A program made the position numbers and the translations under genes. Source: Dehalococcoidia bacterium (lineage in GTDB: Bacteria; Chloroflexota; Dehalococcoidia; Lucifugimonadales; Australimonadaceae). From it: a DNA stretch of 64,000 nucleotides. Position 1 is the stretch's first letter. Each line of letters begins with the position of its first letter. The notes beneath the pieces were generated by a model that ran no database searches, had not been told where the DNA came from, and worked only from the letters and a program-made list of their open reading frames with translations. This document shows, one piece after another, positions 17,588 through 26,629 of the stretch. The stretch lies in NCBI GenBank assembly GCA_963579845.1, contig CAUZHS010000003.1, positions 763-64,762 of the forward strand. The letters run 5' to 3'.

Positions 17588-19066
17588 CTACCCTAAACGC
17601 AGCATGATTTGGGTCATGCTCGAATCGAAGATATCGGTCAAGAGCTTGGGGTATACGCCAACGACCAAGACAGGGACCAGGAGTACGCCCATGGCCGCAA
17701 CGTCCACGAGTGAAGCGTCTGGTAGGTCATCGTAGCGGGCGGGCCGAGGGCCGAACAAAGTGCGTTGGGCCATCCACAGGATGTACCCAGTCGCCAGGAC
17801 CAATCCGAAGGCCGCCAGTCCCGTCGCCCAACTCCAGACGGGGAATGTCCCTAGGAATACGAGGGTCTCCGCTACGAAGCCGCTGGTGAAGGGAAGGCCC
17901 AAGGAGGCCAGTCCAGCCAGCATGAAAACGATGCCTATCAGTGGCATGCGAGATGCCAATCCGCCCATGTCGGGGATGTGGCGGGTGTGCGTCCGTTCGT
18001 AGATGAGTCCCACCACCACGAAGAGCAGTCCTGTGATGGTCCCATGGGTGAAGAGCTGCATGGCGGCGCCGTTCAGCCCCACGGTGCTGAGATGGTCCCG
18101 GGAGGCGCCCATCGACGCCAGACCCAGGAGCACGAACCCCATGTGCGAGATGCTGCTGTAGGCCACCAGGCGTTTCAAATCGGTCTGCCGCATGACGATG
18201 AACGCGCCGTAGAGCACGTTGACCACCGCAAAGCCCGCCAGGAGGGGGGCCGCGTCCACCATCTCGTCGGGGAAAATGCTCGCATTGATGCGGAACAGGC
18301 CGTAGCCACCCATCTTCAGCAGGACGCCGGCCAGCATGACGCTTACAGCCGTTGGCGCATCGGTGTGGGCGTCGGGAAGCCATGTGTGCAGGGGGAACAC
18401 AGGCAGCTTCACCGCGAAGGCAATCAGGAATCCGCCGAAGACCAGTTGCGCCGGGATCAGGAGTGCGGTCATATCCCGCTGGGCCAATACTGTCATGTCG
18501 AAGGTGCGCTCTGCCTCGGGAAAGGAGAAGTAGACCACCAGGATGGCGGCGAACATGAAGGCCGATCCCAGGAAGGTGAAGATGAGGAACTTCATGGCGG
18601 AGTATTCCCGGCGCCCGGTACCCCAGGTGGCGATGAGGAAATACATGGGCACCAGCTCCAGTTCCCAGAAGACGAAGAAGAGAACCATGTCCAGAGCCAC
18701 GAATACGCCCATAACAGAGGTCTGCAGTAGCAGGAGCCAGAAGAAGAACTCGCGCACCCGAACGTTAATGCGCCACGAGACCAGTACTGCGCTCAGGCCG
18801 AGGATTCCGGTGAGTAGGACCAAGGGGACGCTCAGCCCGTCCACGCCCAGGAAGTACTCGATGTTGAAGAGCGGTATCCAAGCGGCGCGCTGTGGGAACT
18901 GCACTCCGCCGGGGTCGCTGTAGTAGGCGGCAAAAAGCCCAAGGGCTAGGCCCAGGTCCAATAGCACTGCTGTCAGGGCGATGCCCCGGACCATGCGAGT
19001 GTTTCGGCCCAGTACGGCGATGAGGAGTGCCCCAGCGGCGGGAACGAAGACAATGGCGGTCAGCAT
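17588..19066 (-). CDS. nuoM: NADH-quinone oxidoreductase subunit M
   Basis: HTWLPDAHTDAPTAVSVMLAGVLLKMGGYGLFR. Confidence 0.9.
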   Translation of the reverse strand: MLTAIVFVPAAGALLIAVLGRNTRMVRGIALTAVLLDLGLALGLFAAYYSDPGGVQFPQRAAWIPLFNIEYFLGVDGLSVPLVLLTGILGLSAVLVSWRINVRVREFFFWLLLLQTSVMGVFVALDMVLFFVFWELELVPMYFLIATWGTGRREYSAMKFLIFTFLGSAFMFAAILVVYFSFPEAERTFDMTVLAQRDMTALLIPAQLVFGGFLIAFAVKLPVFPLHTWLPDAHTDAPTAVSVMLAGVLLKMGGYGLFRINASIFPDEMVDAAPLLAGFAVVNVLYGAFIVMRQTDLKRLVAYSSISHMGFVLLGLASMGASRDHLSTVGLNGAAMQLFTHGTITGLLFVVVGLIYERTHTRHIPDMGGLASRMPLIGIVFMLAGLASLGLPFTSGFVAETLVFLGTFPVWSWATGLAAFGLVLATGYILWMAQRTLFGPRPARYDDLPDASLVDVAAMGVLLVPVLVVGVYPKLLTDIFDSSMTQIMLRLG

Positions 19067-19079
19067 GTTGCCGTTCCTC

Positions 19080-21083
19080 CTACCGCTGCGCCAGGTAGGT
19101 CATCAGCATCACGATGACCCCAAGGGTGATAGCGACGCCATAGATTTGGACCTGGCCCGTCTGCAGCTGGGCGACGGCCCGGCCGGCGTTACTCCCCGTC
19201 CAACTCACTAGGTCCACGAAGCCGTCTACGATTTGCCTGTCCAACCAGTCCGATATCCTGAAGAGGCCCCGGTGCAGGAGCCGCCGCACCACCAGGTCCT
19301 CGTAGATATGGTCCATGAAGTAGCGCTGGGAAAGCATCAGGTGCGCCCAGGGGAATCGCTCCGTGAGCCTGGACGGCGAGATGTGGCCTGTGAGATACAT
19401 CGCGGTGGCCAGAGCGATGCCACCTAGGGCAAGGGCGCTGGAGCTGACGGCGATCGCGTAGTTGAAGCTGGGCGTGTTCTCCAAGAGGAAGTGGGAGAAC
19501 CAGTGGGCGGGCACCGTCCCCAGGTCCACCGTGGCGTTGACCACGAAACCGGAGCCCACGGAAAGGACGGCCAGCACGACCATAGGCGCTACCATCACCC
19601 AGGGGGCCTCGTGCAGGTGGACTTGGTGCTCCTCCCCCACGCGTTCCCTTTCCGGCTGGGCCTCCACTCCGCCACGGAATCGGCCATGGAAGGTGAGGTA
19701 AATGAGGCGGAATGCGTAGAAGGCCGTGAGGAACACAGCGGCTACGCCTAGCCAGAAGGCCAGCTGGGAGACCAGGGTTGTTCCCTCGCGTCCCGACCAG
19801 GCTACCGAGAGAATCTCGTCCTTGCTCCAGAACCCGGCCAGGGGAAATATTCCCGCCAGGCTGAGCGCGGCGAGCGTCATAGCCACGTAGGTAATGGGCA
19901 TCACCTTCCGGAGCCCTCCCATATAACGCATGTCGAAGGTGCCCGTCGCGTGGTTAACGCTCCCTGCTCCCAGGAAGAGCAGGCACTTGAAAAAGGCGTG
20001 GTTGAATAGGTGGAATAGGGCCACTGCTGGAGCACCCATGCCCAGGGCCAGCATCATGTATCCCAGTTGGCTGATGGTGGAGTAAGCCAGCACGCGCTTG
20101 ATGTCGTTGGCTACCAGGGCCATGGTTGCGGCGAACACCGCCGTAAAGGCGCCGACGAGGGCCACTGTGTCCAAGGCTCCGGAACCGGCTTCGAAAAGGG
20201 GAAACATGCGGGCGACCAGAAACACACCTGCCGCTACCATGGTCGCCGCGTGAATCAGGGACGAGACGGGAGTGGGGCCCTCCATGGCGTCGGGGAGCCA
20301 GGTGTGGAGGGGGAATTGGGCCGATTTTCCCGCGGCACCAGCGAAGATACCCAGTGCGAGCCACGTGGCTACGGCGGTTGGGAGTAACGCGGCAGTTTGA
20401 GCGATGCCGGCGATGTCGAAAGGGTTGATGCCCTCCGCCGCGAAAGTGCTCCGGTTGGAAAACAGATACAGCAGCATGAGCAGGAATCCGAAATCGCCAA
20501 TGCGGGTGATGATGAAGGCCTTCTTGGCGGCAGCGGCGGCAGCGGGACGATGGTGCCAAAAGCCGATGAGCAGGTAGGACGCGAGCCCGACTATCTCCCA
20601 GAAGGCAAAAAGTTGGATGAGGTTTCTGGAGAGGACGAGTCCGAACATAGCCGCGGTGAACAGCGACATGTAGGCGAAGTAGCGGGGATAATCGGCGTAA
20701 CGCTCTCTGGGCGTGGACCCGTCCTTAAGCATGTACCCCATAGAGTAGACTTGGACCAGGAAGCTGACCCCGCTCACAACCAGCAGCATGATGGCGCTCA
20801 GCGGGTCGAGAAGAATACCCACCTCCATCCGGAAGCCTGCGCCCGATGCCGCATCGCCGATGGTGAACCACTCGTGGGCAGCGAACCCGACCGCCCCGTC
20901 AGCATCCAGAGCCGAAGCGAGAGCCCATACGGACAGAACGAAGGCGCTAGCCATGGCCAAGGCCGCCACAATGCCGCTGATGCGCCATGCTGGCGCCTGC
21001 GAGGGCCGAATGACGAACGCGATGAGCGCGGCTGCTGCCAAGGGGATGGCGATGATGCACCAGACCGCGGTCTCGGGGATCAT
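19080..21083 (-). CDS. nuoL: NADH-quinone oxidoreductase subunit L
   Basis: HTWLPDAMEGPTPVSSLIHAATMVAAGVFL; 667 aa including the C-terminal lateral-helix region. Confidence 0.9.
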   Translation of the reverse strand: MIPETAVWCIIAIPLAAAALIAFVIRPSQAPAWRISGIVAALAMASAFVLSVWALASALDADGAVGFAAHEWFTIGDAASGAGFRMEVGILLDPLSAIMLLVVSGVSFLVQVYSMGYMLKDGSTPRERYADYPRYFAYMSLFTAAMFGLVLSRNLIQLFAFWEIVGLASYLLIGFWHHRPAAAAAAKKAFIITRIGDFGFLLMLLYLFSNRSTFAAEGINPFDIAGIAQTAALLPTAVATWLALGIFAGAAGKSAQFPLHTWLPDAMEGPTPVSSLIHAATMVAAGVFLVARMFPLFEAGSGALDTVALVGAFTAVFAATMALVANDIKRVLAYSTISQLGYMMLALGMGAPAVALFHLFNHAFFKCLLFLGAGSVNHATGTFDMRYMGGLRKVMPITYVAMTLAALSLAGIFPLAGFWSKDEILSVAWSGREGTTLVSQLAFWLGVAAVFLTAFYAFRLIYLTFHGRFRGGVEAQPERERVGEEHQVHLHEAPWVMVAPMVVLAVLSVGSGFVVNATVDLGTVPAHWFSHFLLENTPSFNYAIAVSSSALALGGIALATAMYLTGHISPSRLTERFPWAHLMLSQRYFMDHIYEDLVVRRLLHRGLFRISDWLDRQIVDGFVDLVSWTGSNAGRAVAQLQTGQVQIYGVAITLGVIVMLMTYLAQR

Positions 21084-21278
21084 CTAGAGCTTCCTTAGAA
21101 TTTCGTCAGCGACGTGCTCGCGGCCTCGCGGCACCATCACCCTGAAGGGGATGCGCTCGCCGTAGGTCGTAATAGCGCCTTCCGGCAGCAACCGGACAGG
21201 GAGGCCCTCGCCTTCGAGGACCTCCTGCCACATTTCGGCAATCATTAAGTTTGGTACCCGTTTGTATTCAACCCACAT
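21084..21278 (-). CDS. Small DUF2007-like protein (putative signal-transducing alpha/beta domain) embedded between nuoK and nuoL
   Basis: 64 aa: MWVEYKRVPNLMIAEMWQEVLEGEGLPVRLLPEG...FRVMVPRGREHVADEILRKL, which fits the DUF2007 pattern. Its stop abuts the nuoL start (21083/21084) and it starts 12 nt after the nuoK stop. Confidence 0.6.
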   Translation of the reverse strand: MWVEYKRVPNLMIAEMWQEVLEGEGLPVRLLPEGAITTYGERIPFRVMVPRGREHVADEILRKL

Positions 21279-21289
21279 GGATGAGGACC

Positions 21290-21637
21290 CTACCGCTTCA
21301 GCAGGCTCATAGTGGTTACGTCCACCGAGTCTCTGTGCCGGAAGAATGCGAGGACCAATGCCAAGGCCAGTGCGACCTCCGCTGCCGCAACCACCACTAC
21401 GAAGATGGCGAAGGCTTGGCCGGTCAAGAGGGCGTTGGCGTGTTCAGCCGCGTCGCCTCCCTGCCGCAGCGCGGCAGGCTCGACGTATCGTGAGAAGGCC
21501 AAAAAGGCGACGTTAACCGCGTTGAACATGATCTCTATGGACATCAGGATGACAATGATGTTGCGCCGGGACATAGCGCCGTAGAGGCCGATGGCGAAAA
21601 GAACTGCCGAGAGCAGGAGAAAGCGTTCGAGGTCCAC
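21290..21637 (-). CDS. nuoK: NADH-quinone oxidoreductase subunit K
   Basis: (V)DLERFLLLSAVLFAIGLYGAMSRRNIIVILMSIEIMFNAVNVAF...FVVVVAAAEVALALALVLAFFR. Start set to GTG 21637, directly after the nuoJ stop. The longer ORF-track version overlaps nuoJ. Confidence 0.85.
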   Translation of the reverse strand: MDLERFLLLSAVLFAIGLYGAMSRRNIIVILMSIEIMFNAVNVAFLAFSRYVEPAALRQGGDAAEHANALLTGQAFAIFVVVVAAAEVALALALVLAFFRHRDSVDVTTMSLLKR

Positions 21638-21639
21638 GG

Positions 21640-22170
21640 CTAACCTTCGTTCTGCTGGTCGCGCTGGCGGACCAGCGCTAACGCGCCGATGACGGCTGCC
21701 AGGAGCACCAAGCCCGCGATTTCGAAGGGCAGGACAAAGTCTCGAACCAGCAGTGCGCCGAGGCGTCCGGAGGTGTCCACTAAGGCCTCTGCCAGGGGGG
21801 CGGGCAACTCCTCGGGCAGTACCGTCCACTCGGCCCGGACGATGGCCCATACCAACAACCCCAGCACGGTGACGCCCATCGTCAGCGCCGCCGGTTGCAC
21901 GAGAGTGCTGCGGTTGCCGTGGGAAACGTCGCGCGTCAGCATCACCGCGAAAATGATGAGGACGGAGATGGCACCGACGTAGATCAGTATCTGGACCACC
22001 GCGAGGAATTCGGCGCTCAACATGACGTATAACCCGGCGACGCCCAGGAAGCTGAGGACGAGGAAGATGGCTGCGCGGAACACATCCCGCACGTGCACCA
22101 CCAGCAGCGAACCGCCGACTGTCAGCGCCGCCAGTCCCCAGAAGGCCACATCTTCAAAGAGCGTGTCCAT
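21640..22170 (-). CDS. nuoJ: NADH-quinone oxidoreductase subunit J
   Basis: Position in the operon; 5 TM segments; ...LSAEFLAVVQILIYVGAISVLIIFAVML. Confidence 0.85.
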   Translation of the reverse strand: MDTLFEDVAFWGLAALTVGGSLLVVHVRDVFRAAIFLVLSFLGVAGLYVMLSAEFLAVVQILIYVGAISVLIIFAVMLTRDVSHGNRSTLVQPAALTMGVTVLGLLVWAIVRAEWTVLPEELPAPLAEALVDTSGRLGALLVRDFVLPFEIAGLVLLAAVIGALALVRQRDQQNEG

Positions 22171-22173
22171 GCG

Positions 22174-22794
22174 TTATTCCTGCTCTCCGTTTCCGAGGAC
22201 GTCTTCGTTTCTAGGCGGGTTTGTGCCGGTTGATGCTTCTGGCGTTTCGGAGTACGACCGCATCTCGGGCCGTTTGGGGTGCCAGAGGAAGGGTTCGCGC
22301 CCGACCGCCTTGTCATCCTCCGCGGCCTGCGAGTAAGGGTTGTAGTTCGCGCGCTCCATCTGGGGGCGGAACCAGGTGCTCGGGTGTTTCTCCCGGGACT
22401 TCAGCAGCTCCATCGGGACCACCAGGTCTGAACGTCGGTTACGGGCCGCCTCGAAGCTCGTACCCATGTGCAGCGCGTCGAAGGGGCACGCCTCGACGCA
22501 GAGGCCGCAGTACATGCAGCGCCCCTGATCGATGTCGAACACCTCAATTTTGTAGTTGCCGCCTTCCTGTTCGTGGCCGCCGTGGGGGTCTGTCACGATG
22601 CGGATGATGCCCAAGGGGCAGTATTTGGCGCAACTGGCGCAGCCGGTGCAGCGGTCCTCGTACCAGGTAAACTCCTGACCGCGGAAGCGGGGGTGCTGCG
22701 TCGGTTGCTCTTCTGGGTACTGAACGGTGAAGGGCTTGCGGAATAGATTTCGCAGCGTAACGCCAAAGCCTTTGGCCATGCCAAGTCCGTACAT
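22174..22794 (-). CDS. nuoI: NADH-quinone oxidoreductase subunit I (2x[4Fe-4S])
   Basis: CTGCASCAKYCP and CMYCGLCVEACP ferredoxin motifs, plus a C-terminal extension of about 60 aa. Confidence 0.9.
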   Translation of the reverse strand: MYGLGMAKGFGVTLRNLFRKPFTVQYPEEQPTQHPRFRGQEFTWYEDRCTGCASCAKYCPLGIIRIVTDPHGGHEQEGGNYKIEVFDIDQGRCMYCGLCVEACPFDALHMGTSFEAARNRRSDLVVPMELLKSREKHPSTWFRPQMERANYNPYSQAAEDDKAVGREPFLWHPKRPEMRSYSETPEASTGTNPPRNEDVLGNGEQE

Positions 22795-24005
22795 CAGTAC
22801 ACTCCTTCGGCGCTGGAGACTCCGGGCGGAACCCCCGCGATCACGGTATGGACCGGAACATGACGGCCATTGTTTACGGCGGTGGCGAATACCGCTACGG
22901 CGACAATGGCCACTCCCCAGTTGATGGTGGCCATCAAGAGGAGTTCGCTATTCGAAGGGTCGGCCCATACCAGCTTCTCGATGGCTGCGGCCAGTACGTT
23001 GATGAGCCCCAGGGGCAGGAGGAATTTCCAAGCGAAGGCCAGGACCTGGTCAATGCGAAGCCGTGGCAGGGTTGCTCGGATCCAGATGAAGAGGGTGGCC
23101 GTGCCGAAAACCTTAAGCAGGAACCAGAGGTGGGAGGGCAGGATAGCCCATCTCCAACCTTGGAGGAAGATCAGCGTGATGATGGCGCTGGCTAGGAGCA
23201 CGTTGGCGAACTCCGCCAGTTGGAAGATGCCGAATTTCATGCCGCTATATTCAGTGTGGTAGCCAGCGATGATTTCCGATTCGGCTTCGGCAAGGTCAAA
23301 GGGCGGGCGGTTGAGTTCGGCAGAGATACCGACCACAAAGACGAGAAATGCCAGGGGTAGCACGAGGAGATAGGGGAGCGATTGGCCCTCTACGATGTCT
23401 ACCAAAGACATGGAGCCGGTGAGGATGACTACGCTGAGAAGCGAGAGCACCACGGGAATCTCGTAGCTGATGAGCGCAGCCACGGCTCGCATGCTGCCGA
23501 ACATGGCGTATTTGTTGGCCGACGCCCAGCCGGCCATAAGGATGGCGATGACCGCCATGCTAGAGACGCCGGAGATGTAGAGGATGCCGATGTTCAAATC
23601 GGCGAGGAAACTGCCCTCGCCGAAAGGGATGACCGCCACGATCATGAAAGTAGTGGCGAGCATTAGCACTGGCGCCACGTTAAATATCAGCCGGTCGCTG
23701 GCGCGGGGGAGGGTGTCCTCTTTGGTTAGCAACTTGATGGCATCGGCGATGGGTTGGAGCAACCCGAAAGGTCCGGCGCGGTTGGGTCCGATCCGGTTCT
23801 GGAAGCGGCCCAGAAGCCGACGCTCGAAGTAGGTGTACCAGGTGGTGAGCGCGAAGAGGCTGTTTACGACCAGCATGATGACCGACATGGCGGCTATGCC
23901 GTAGGCCGCCCATTCCCAGCCATCCCAACCGTCGGGCACGACGTGATTCAGGACGAAATCATAGACGCTGGAGAAGATGGTGTTGTCGCGGAGAGCGCCT
24001 TCCAC
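22794..24005 (-). CDS. nuoH: NADH-quinone oxidoreductase subunit H
   Basis: ERRLLGRFQNRIGPNRAGPFGLLQPIADAIKLLTKED...AEAESEIIAGYHTEYSG. Confidence 0.9.
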   Translation of the reverse strand: MEGALRDNTIFSSVYDFVLNHVVPDGWDGWEWAAYGIAAMSVIMLVVNSLFALTTWYTYFERRLLGRFQNRIGPNRAGPFGLLQPIADAIKLLTKEDTLPRASDRLIFNVAPVLMLATTFMIVAVIPFGEGSFLADLNIGILYISGVSSMAVIAILMAGWASANKYAMFGSMRAVAALISYEIPVVLSLLSVVILTGSMSLVDIVEGQSLPYLLVLPLAFLVFVVGISAELNRPPFDLAEAESEIIAGYHTEYSGMKFGIFQLAEFANVLLASAIITLIFLQGWRWAILPSHLWFLLKVFGTATLFIWIRATLPRLRIDQVLAFAWKFLLPLGLINVLAAAIEKLVWADPSNSELLLMATINWGVAIVAVAVFATAVNNGRHVPVHTVIAGVPPGVSSAEGVY

Positions 24006-25108
24006 TAGCGGTCCACCTCACCCATGTTGATGTCGATGCTGCCGAAGGTCACGATCATGTCCGCCAGTTTCCAGCCCACAAGCATCTCCTTGAGCAACGA
24101 GAGGTTGATGTAGGAGGGCGCTCGGACGTGGCAGCGGTAGGGTGCGATGCTCCCGTCGCTCACCAGGTAGAACCCCAACTCCCCCTTGGGCGACTCGATG
24201 GGCACGTAGGCCTCGCCGGGGGGTGGACGGAAGAGCATTTCCATTGTGGCGCGCACCGGCCCGGGCTCGATCTGGATAGCACACTGCTGCAGCATGCGAA
24301 GCGACTGACGGATTTCGGCCAGCCGGATGGCGAACCGGTCGTAGTTGTCGCCTACCGCGCCCACCGGCACGTCGAACTTCAAGCGGTCGTACACGTCGTA
24401 AGGATTGGCCTTCCGCAGGTCCCAGGCCACGCCGGTGCTGCGGAGCACGGGGCCGGTGATGGAGCCGTTGATCGCCTGTGCAGGATCCAAGATGGCGACG
24501 TTCTTGGTGCGGATGAGCAGAATTTCGTTGGTGGAGAGGAGTCTGTCCAACTCGTCAATGTAATTGGGCAGGTCGTCCAGGAGCCGCCGGTAGGCTGGCC
24601 AGAAGTCGTCGGGGGTGTCTGCAAAAACACCGCCGATGCGCATGTAGCTCACCGTGACGCGGGCGCCACAGAGCATTTCGAAAAGGTCTAAGATGCGCTC
24701 GCGTTCCCGGAAGCAGTACATCACCGGCGTGGCGAAGGCGCCCAGGTCTTGGAGAAAGAAGCCGATTCCGATGAGGTGACTCGCGATACGCTGGAGCTCG
24801 GCGGCAATGACCCGCAGATACATGCCTCTTTCAGGCACCTGCATGTGTAGAAGCTGCTCGCAGGAGAGCACAAAAGCCTGGTTGTTGGTCATGGAGGCCA
24901 CGTAGTCCAGGCGGTCCGTCAGAGTGATGACCTGGGTGTATTGCCGTTCCTCGGCCAGCTTCTCGGTGCCACGGTGGAGGTAACCCACCACCATCTCCAT
25001 GTCTTGGATGTTTTCGCCGTCGAAGGTCACACGCATGCGGAATACCCCGTGGGTGCTGGGGTGGTGGGGACCAATATTTATGGTGACCGGCTGGGTGTTG
25101 AGGGCCAT
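24005..25108 (-). CDS. nuoD: NADH-quinone oxidoreductase subunit D
   Basis: INIGPHHPSTHGVFRMRVTFDGE...HRGTEKLAE...VRAPSYINL. Confidence 0.9.
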   Translation of the reverse strand: MALNTQPVTINIGPHHPSTHGVFRMRVTFDGENIQDMEMVVGYLHRGTEKLAEERQYTQVITLTDRLDYVASMTNNQAFVLSCEQLLHMQVPERGMYLRVIAAELQRIASHLIGIGFFLQDLGAFATPVMYCFRERERILDLFEMLCGARVTVSYMRIGGVFADTPDDFWPAYRRLLDDLPNYIDELDRLLSTNEILLIRTKNVAILDPAQAINGSITGPVLRSTGVAWDLRKANPYDVYDRLKFDVPVGAVGDNYDRFAIRLAEIRQSLRMLQQCAIQIEPGPVRATMEMLFRPPPGEAYVPIESPKGELGFYLVSDGSIAPYRCHVRAPSYINLSLLKEMLVGWKLADMIVTFGSIDINMGEVDR

Positions 25109-25112
25109 CTGC

Positions 25113-25598
25113 TTACCCTCCTTGGGGCCAGGTGTAGGGCAGGGGCGGCTCCAGGTAGTCGCGGCGGAGCGGGTGGCCCTGGAAGCCCTCCCATAAAAAC
25201 ACGCGCTTGAGGTTCGGATGACCGGAGAAGTGGATGCCCATCAGGTCGTACACCTCACGCTCCTGGAGGTTGGCGCCTGCCCATACCGAGGACACCGACG
25301 GTACCGTGGGCTCGTCACGGCCCACGACGCGAAGCTTGAGCACCGCGCTGGCGTTGTGGTCGAGGGAGGTGATGCGGTAGACCAGTTCGAAGTGGTCAAT
25401 GTAGTCAACGGAGGTGATGCTGTTCAGCAGTTTGAAGTCCTGCTCTGGGTTGCCTTGCAGGAAGGAGCATACCGCAACAATGGAATCGACCCTCACCAAT
25501 ACGGCCACACCGTCGCTGGCAACGACTGCTTCAGGAAGGCGCTGACGGAGAATGTCGGCTAAGTCTTGGCCGGAGACGGCAGTGGTCATCTCACGCAC
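25113..25598 (-). CDS. nuoC: NADH-quinone oxidoreductase subunit C
   Basis: ...[39 protein letters not shown]. Confidence 0.9.
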   Translation of the reverse strand: MREMTTAVSGQDLADILRQRLPEAVVASDGVAVLVRVDSIVAVCSFLQGNPEQDFKLLNSITSVDYIDHFELVYRITSLDHNASAVLKLRVVGRDEPTVPSVSSVWAGANLQEREVYDLMGIHFSGHPNLKRVFLWEGFQGHPLRRDYLEPPLPYTWPQGG

Positions 25599-26250
25599 CC
25601 GCTGGCTGACGGGTCAGGCTGTACTTCCTAATCTTGTCGTGCAACTGCATGATGCCGTAGAGCAACGCGTCGGGACGTGGCGGGCACCCTGGGACATATA
25701 CGTCCACGGGCATAATGTGGTTCACGCCTGGAACGACGCTGTAGCCTTGGTAGTAAGGGCCGCCACTGGTGGCGCAGACGCCCATGGCAATCACCCATTT
25801 GGGTTCGGCCATCTGGTCGTAGATGCGGCGCACCGCTGGCGCCATCTTCCACGTGAGTGTGCCGGAGACGATGAGCAGATCGGCCTGGCGTGGCGAGGCC
25901 CGGAAGGCTTCCATGCCGAAGCGAGAGATATCAAACCGGGACATGGCCGTGGCCAGCATTTCGAAGACGCAACAGGCGAGGCCAAAGGCCACGGGCCAGA
26001 CGGCGGAGCGGCGGCCCCAGTTGAGGAGGGCGTCGACGGAGGTCAGGGCGACGTTTCCTTTAAGGTCGTCTGGCAATTCGATGACGGGGTCAGGGAAGGC
26101 TTCCTGAGCGCTCCACTTGAGTTGCTCGATGGTGGCCCCTTCCACGCGGTCGAGATCCCACTGAATGGCCGGGACATCTTGAGCATCGGGCGGCAATTGG
26201 CCGTAGGCCCCTGCTGGGGCTACGCTCGCTTCATCGGGAGGCTGTGTCAT
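25591..26250 (-). CDS. nuoB: NADH-quinone oxidoreductase subunit B (with an N-terminal extension of about 60 aa)
   Basis: [14 protein letters not shown]...[48 protein letters not shown]...[17 protein letters not shown] Shine-Dalgarno upstream. Confidence 0.9.
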   Translation of the reverse strand: MTQPPDEASVAPAGAYGQLPPDAQDVPAIQWDLDRVEGATIEQLKWSAQEAFPDPVIELPDDLKGNVALTSVDALLNWGRRSAVWPVAFGLACCVFEMLATAMSRFDISRFGMEAFRASPRQADLLIVSGTLTWKMAPAVRRIYDQMAEPKWVIAMGVCATSGGPYYQGYSVVPGVNHIMPVDVYVPGCPPRPDALLYGIMQLHDKIRKYSLTRQPAGA

Positions 26251-26319
26251 CGGCCCCTCCTCGCCCCTTGCAAATCCTCTTTAAGCTGTTCGTAGACGGC
26301 TGCCCAGTAGGCAAGTCGG

Positions 26320-26348
26320 ATGGTAGCACAGGGTACCTCTAGCGACAA
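26320..26348 (-). promoter_or_regulatory. Sigma70-type promoter TTGTCG-17 nt-TGcTACCAT for the nuo operon
   Basis: On the minus strand: -35 TTGTCG (26348-26343), a 17-nt spacer ending in TGc, -10 TACCAT (26325-26320), and a T-rich UP-like tract just upstream. About 63-nt leader to nuoB. Confidence 0.4.
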
Positions 26349-26629
26349 GGTGAAAAAATGCACAAGCACCCGGGAAATTCGCTCCTTTTCCGGATATAAA
26401 ACGGCGTGCGAAGGCACATTGTTCAGTGTCAGTTACGTGAGGGTTTGCAGATGAAGAGGTGGTGTCGGAGGGTGGCGTATCCCGAGGAGGGATAAAGGCC
26501 ACGTGTAAGCAGGGCTGCAGCATGAGTGCAGTAGAGGCCCACTCCTGGTACAGTTCGCCAAGTCCCCTTCCGGTTTCCTGAGAGGCGAGGCACTGCCGTT
26601 CCAGACTCAAGGATACGTGCGAGCAGACC

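Noticed and set aside
21638-21850. N-terminal 71-aa extension of the nuoK ORF
   Set aside because: It overlaps nuoJ in another frame and is Arg/Gly/Pro-rich. GTG 21637, directly after the nuoJ stop, gives a NuoK of normal length.
26251-26629. Missing nuoA hidden upstream of nuoB
   Set aside because: The two minus-strand ORFs here (26281-26655 and 26429-26857) translate to non-hydrophobic, Arg/Cys-rich sequences. Nothing resembles a 3-TM NuoA.
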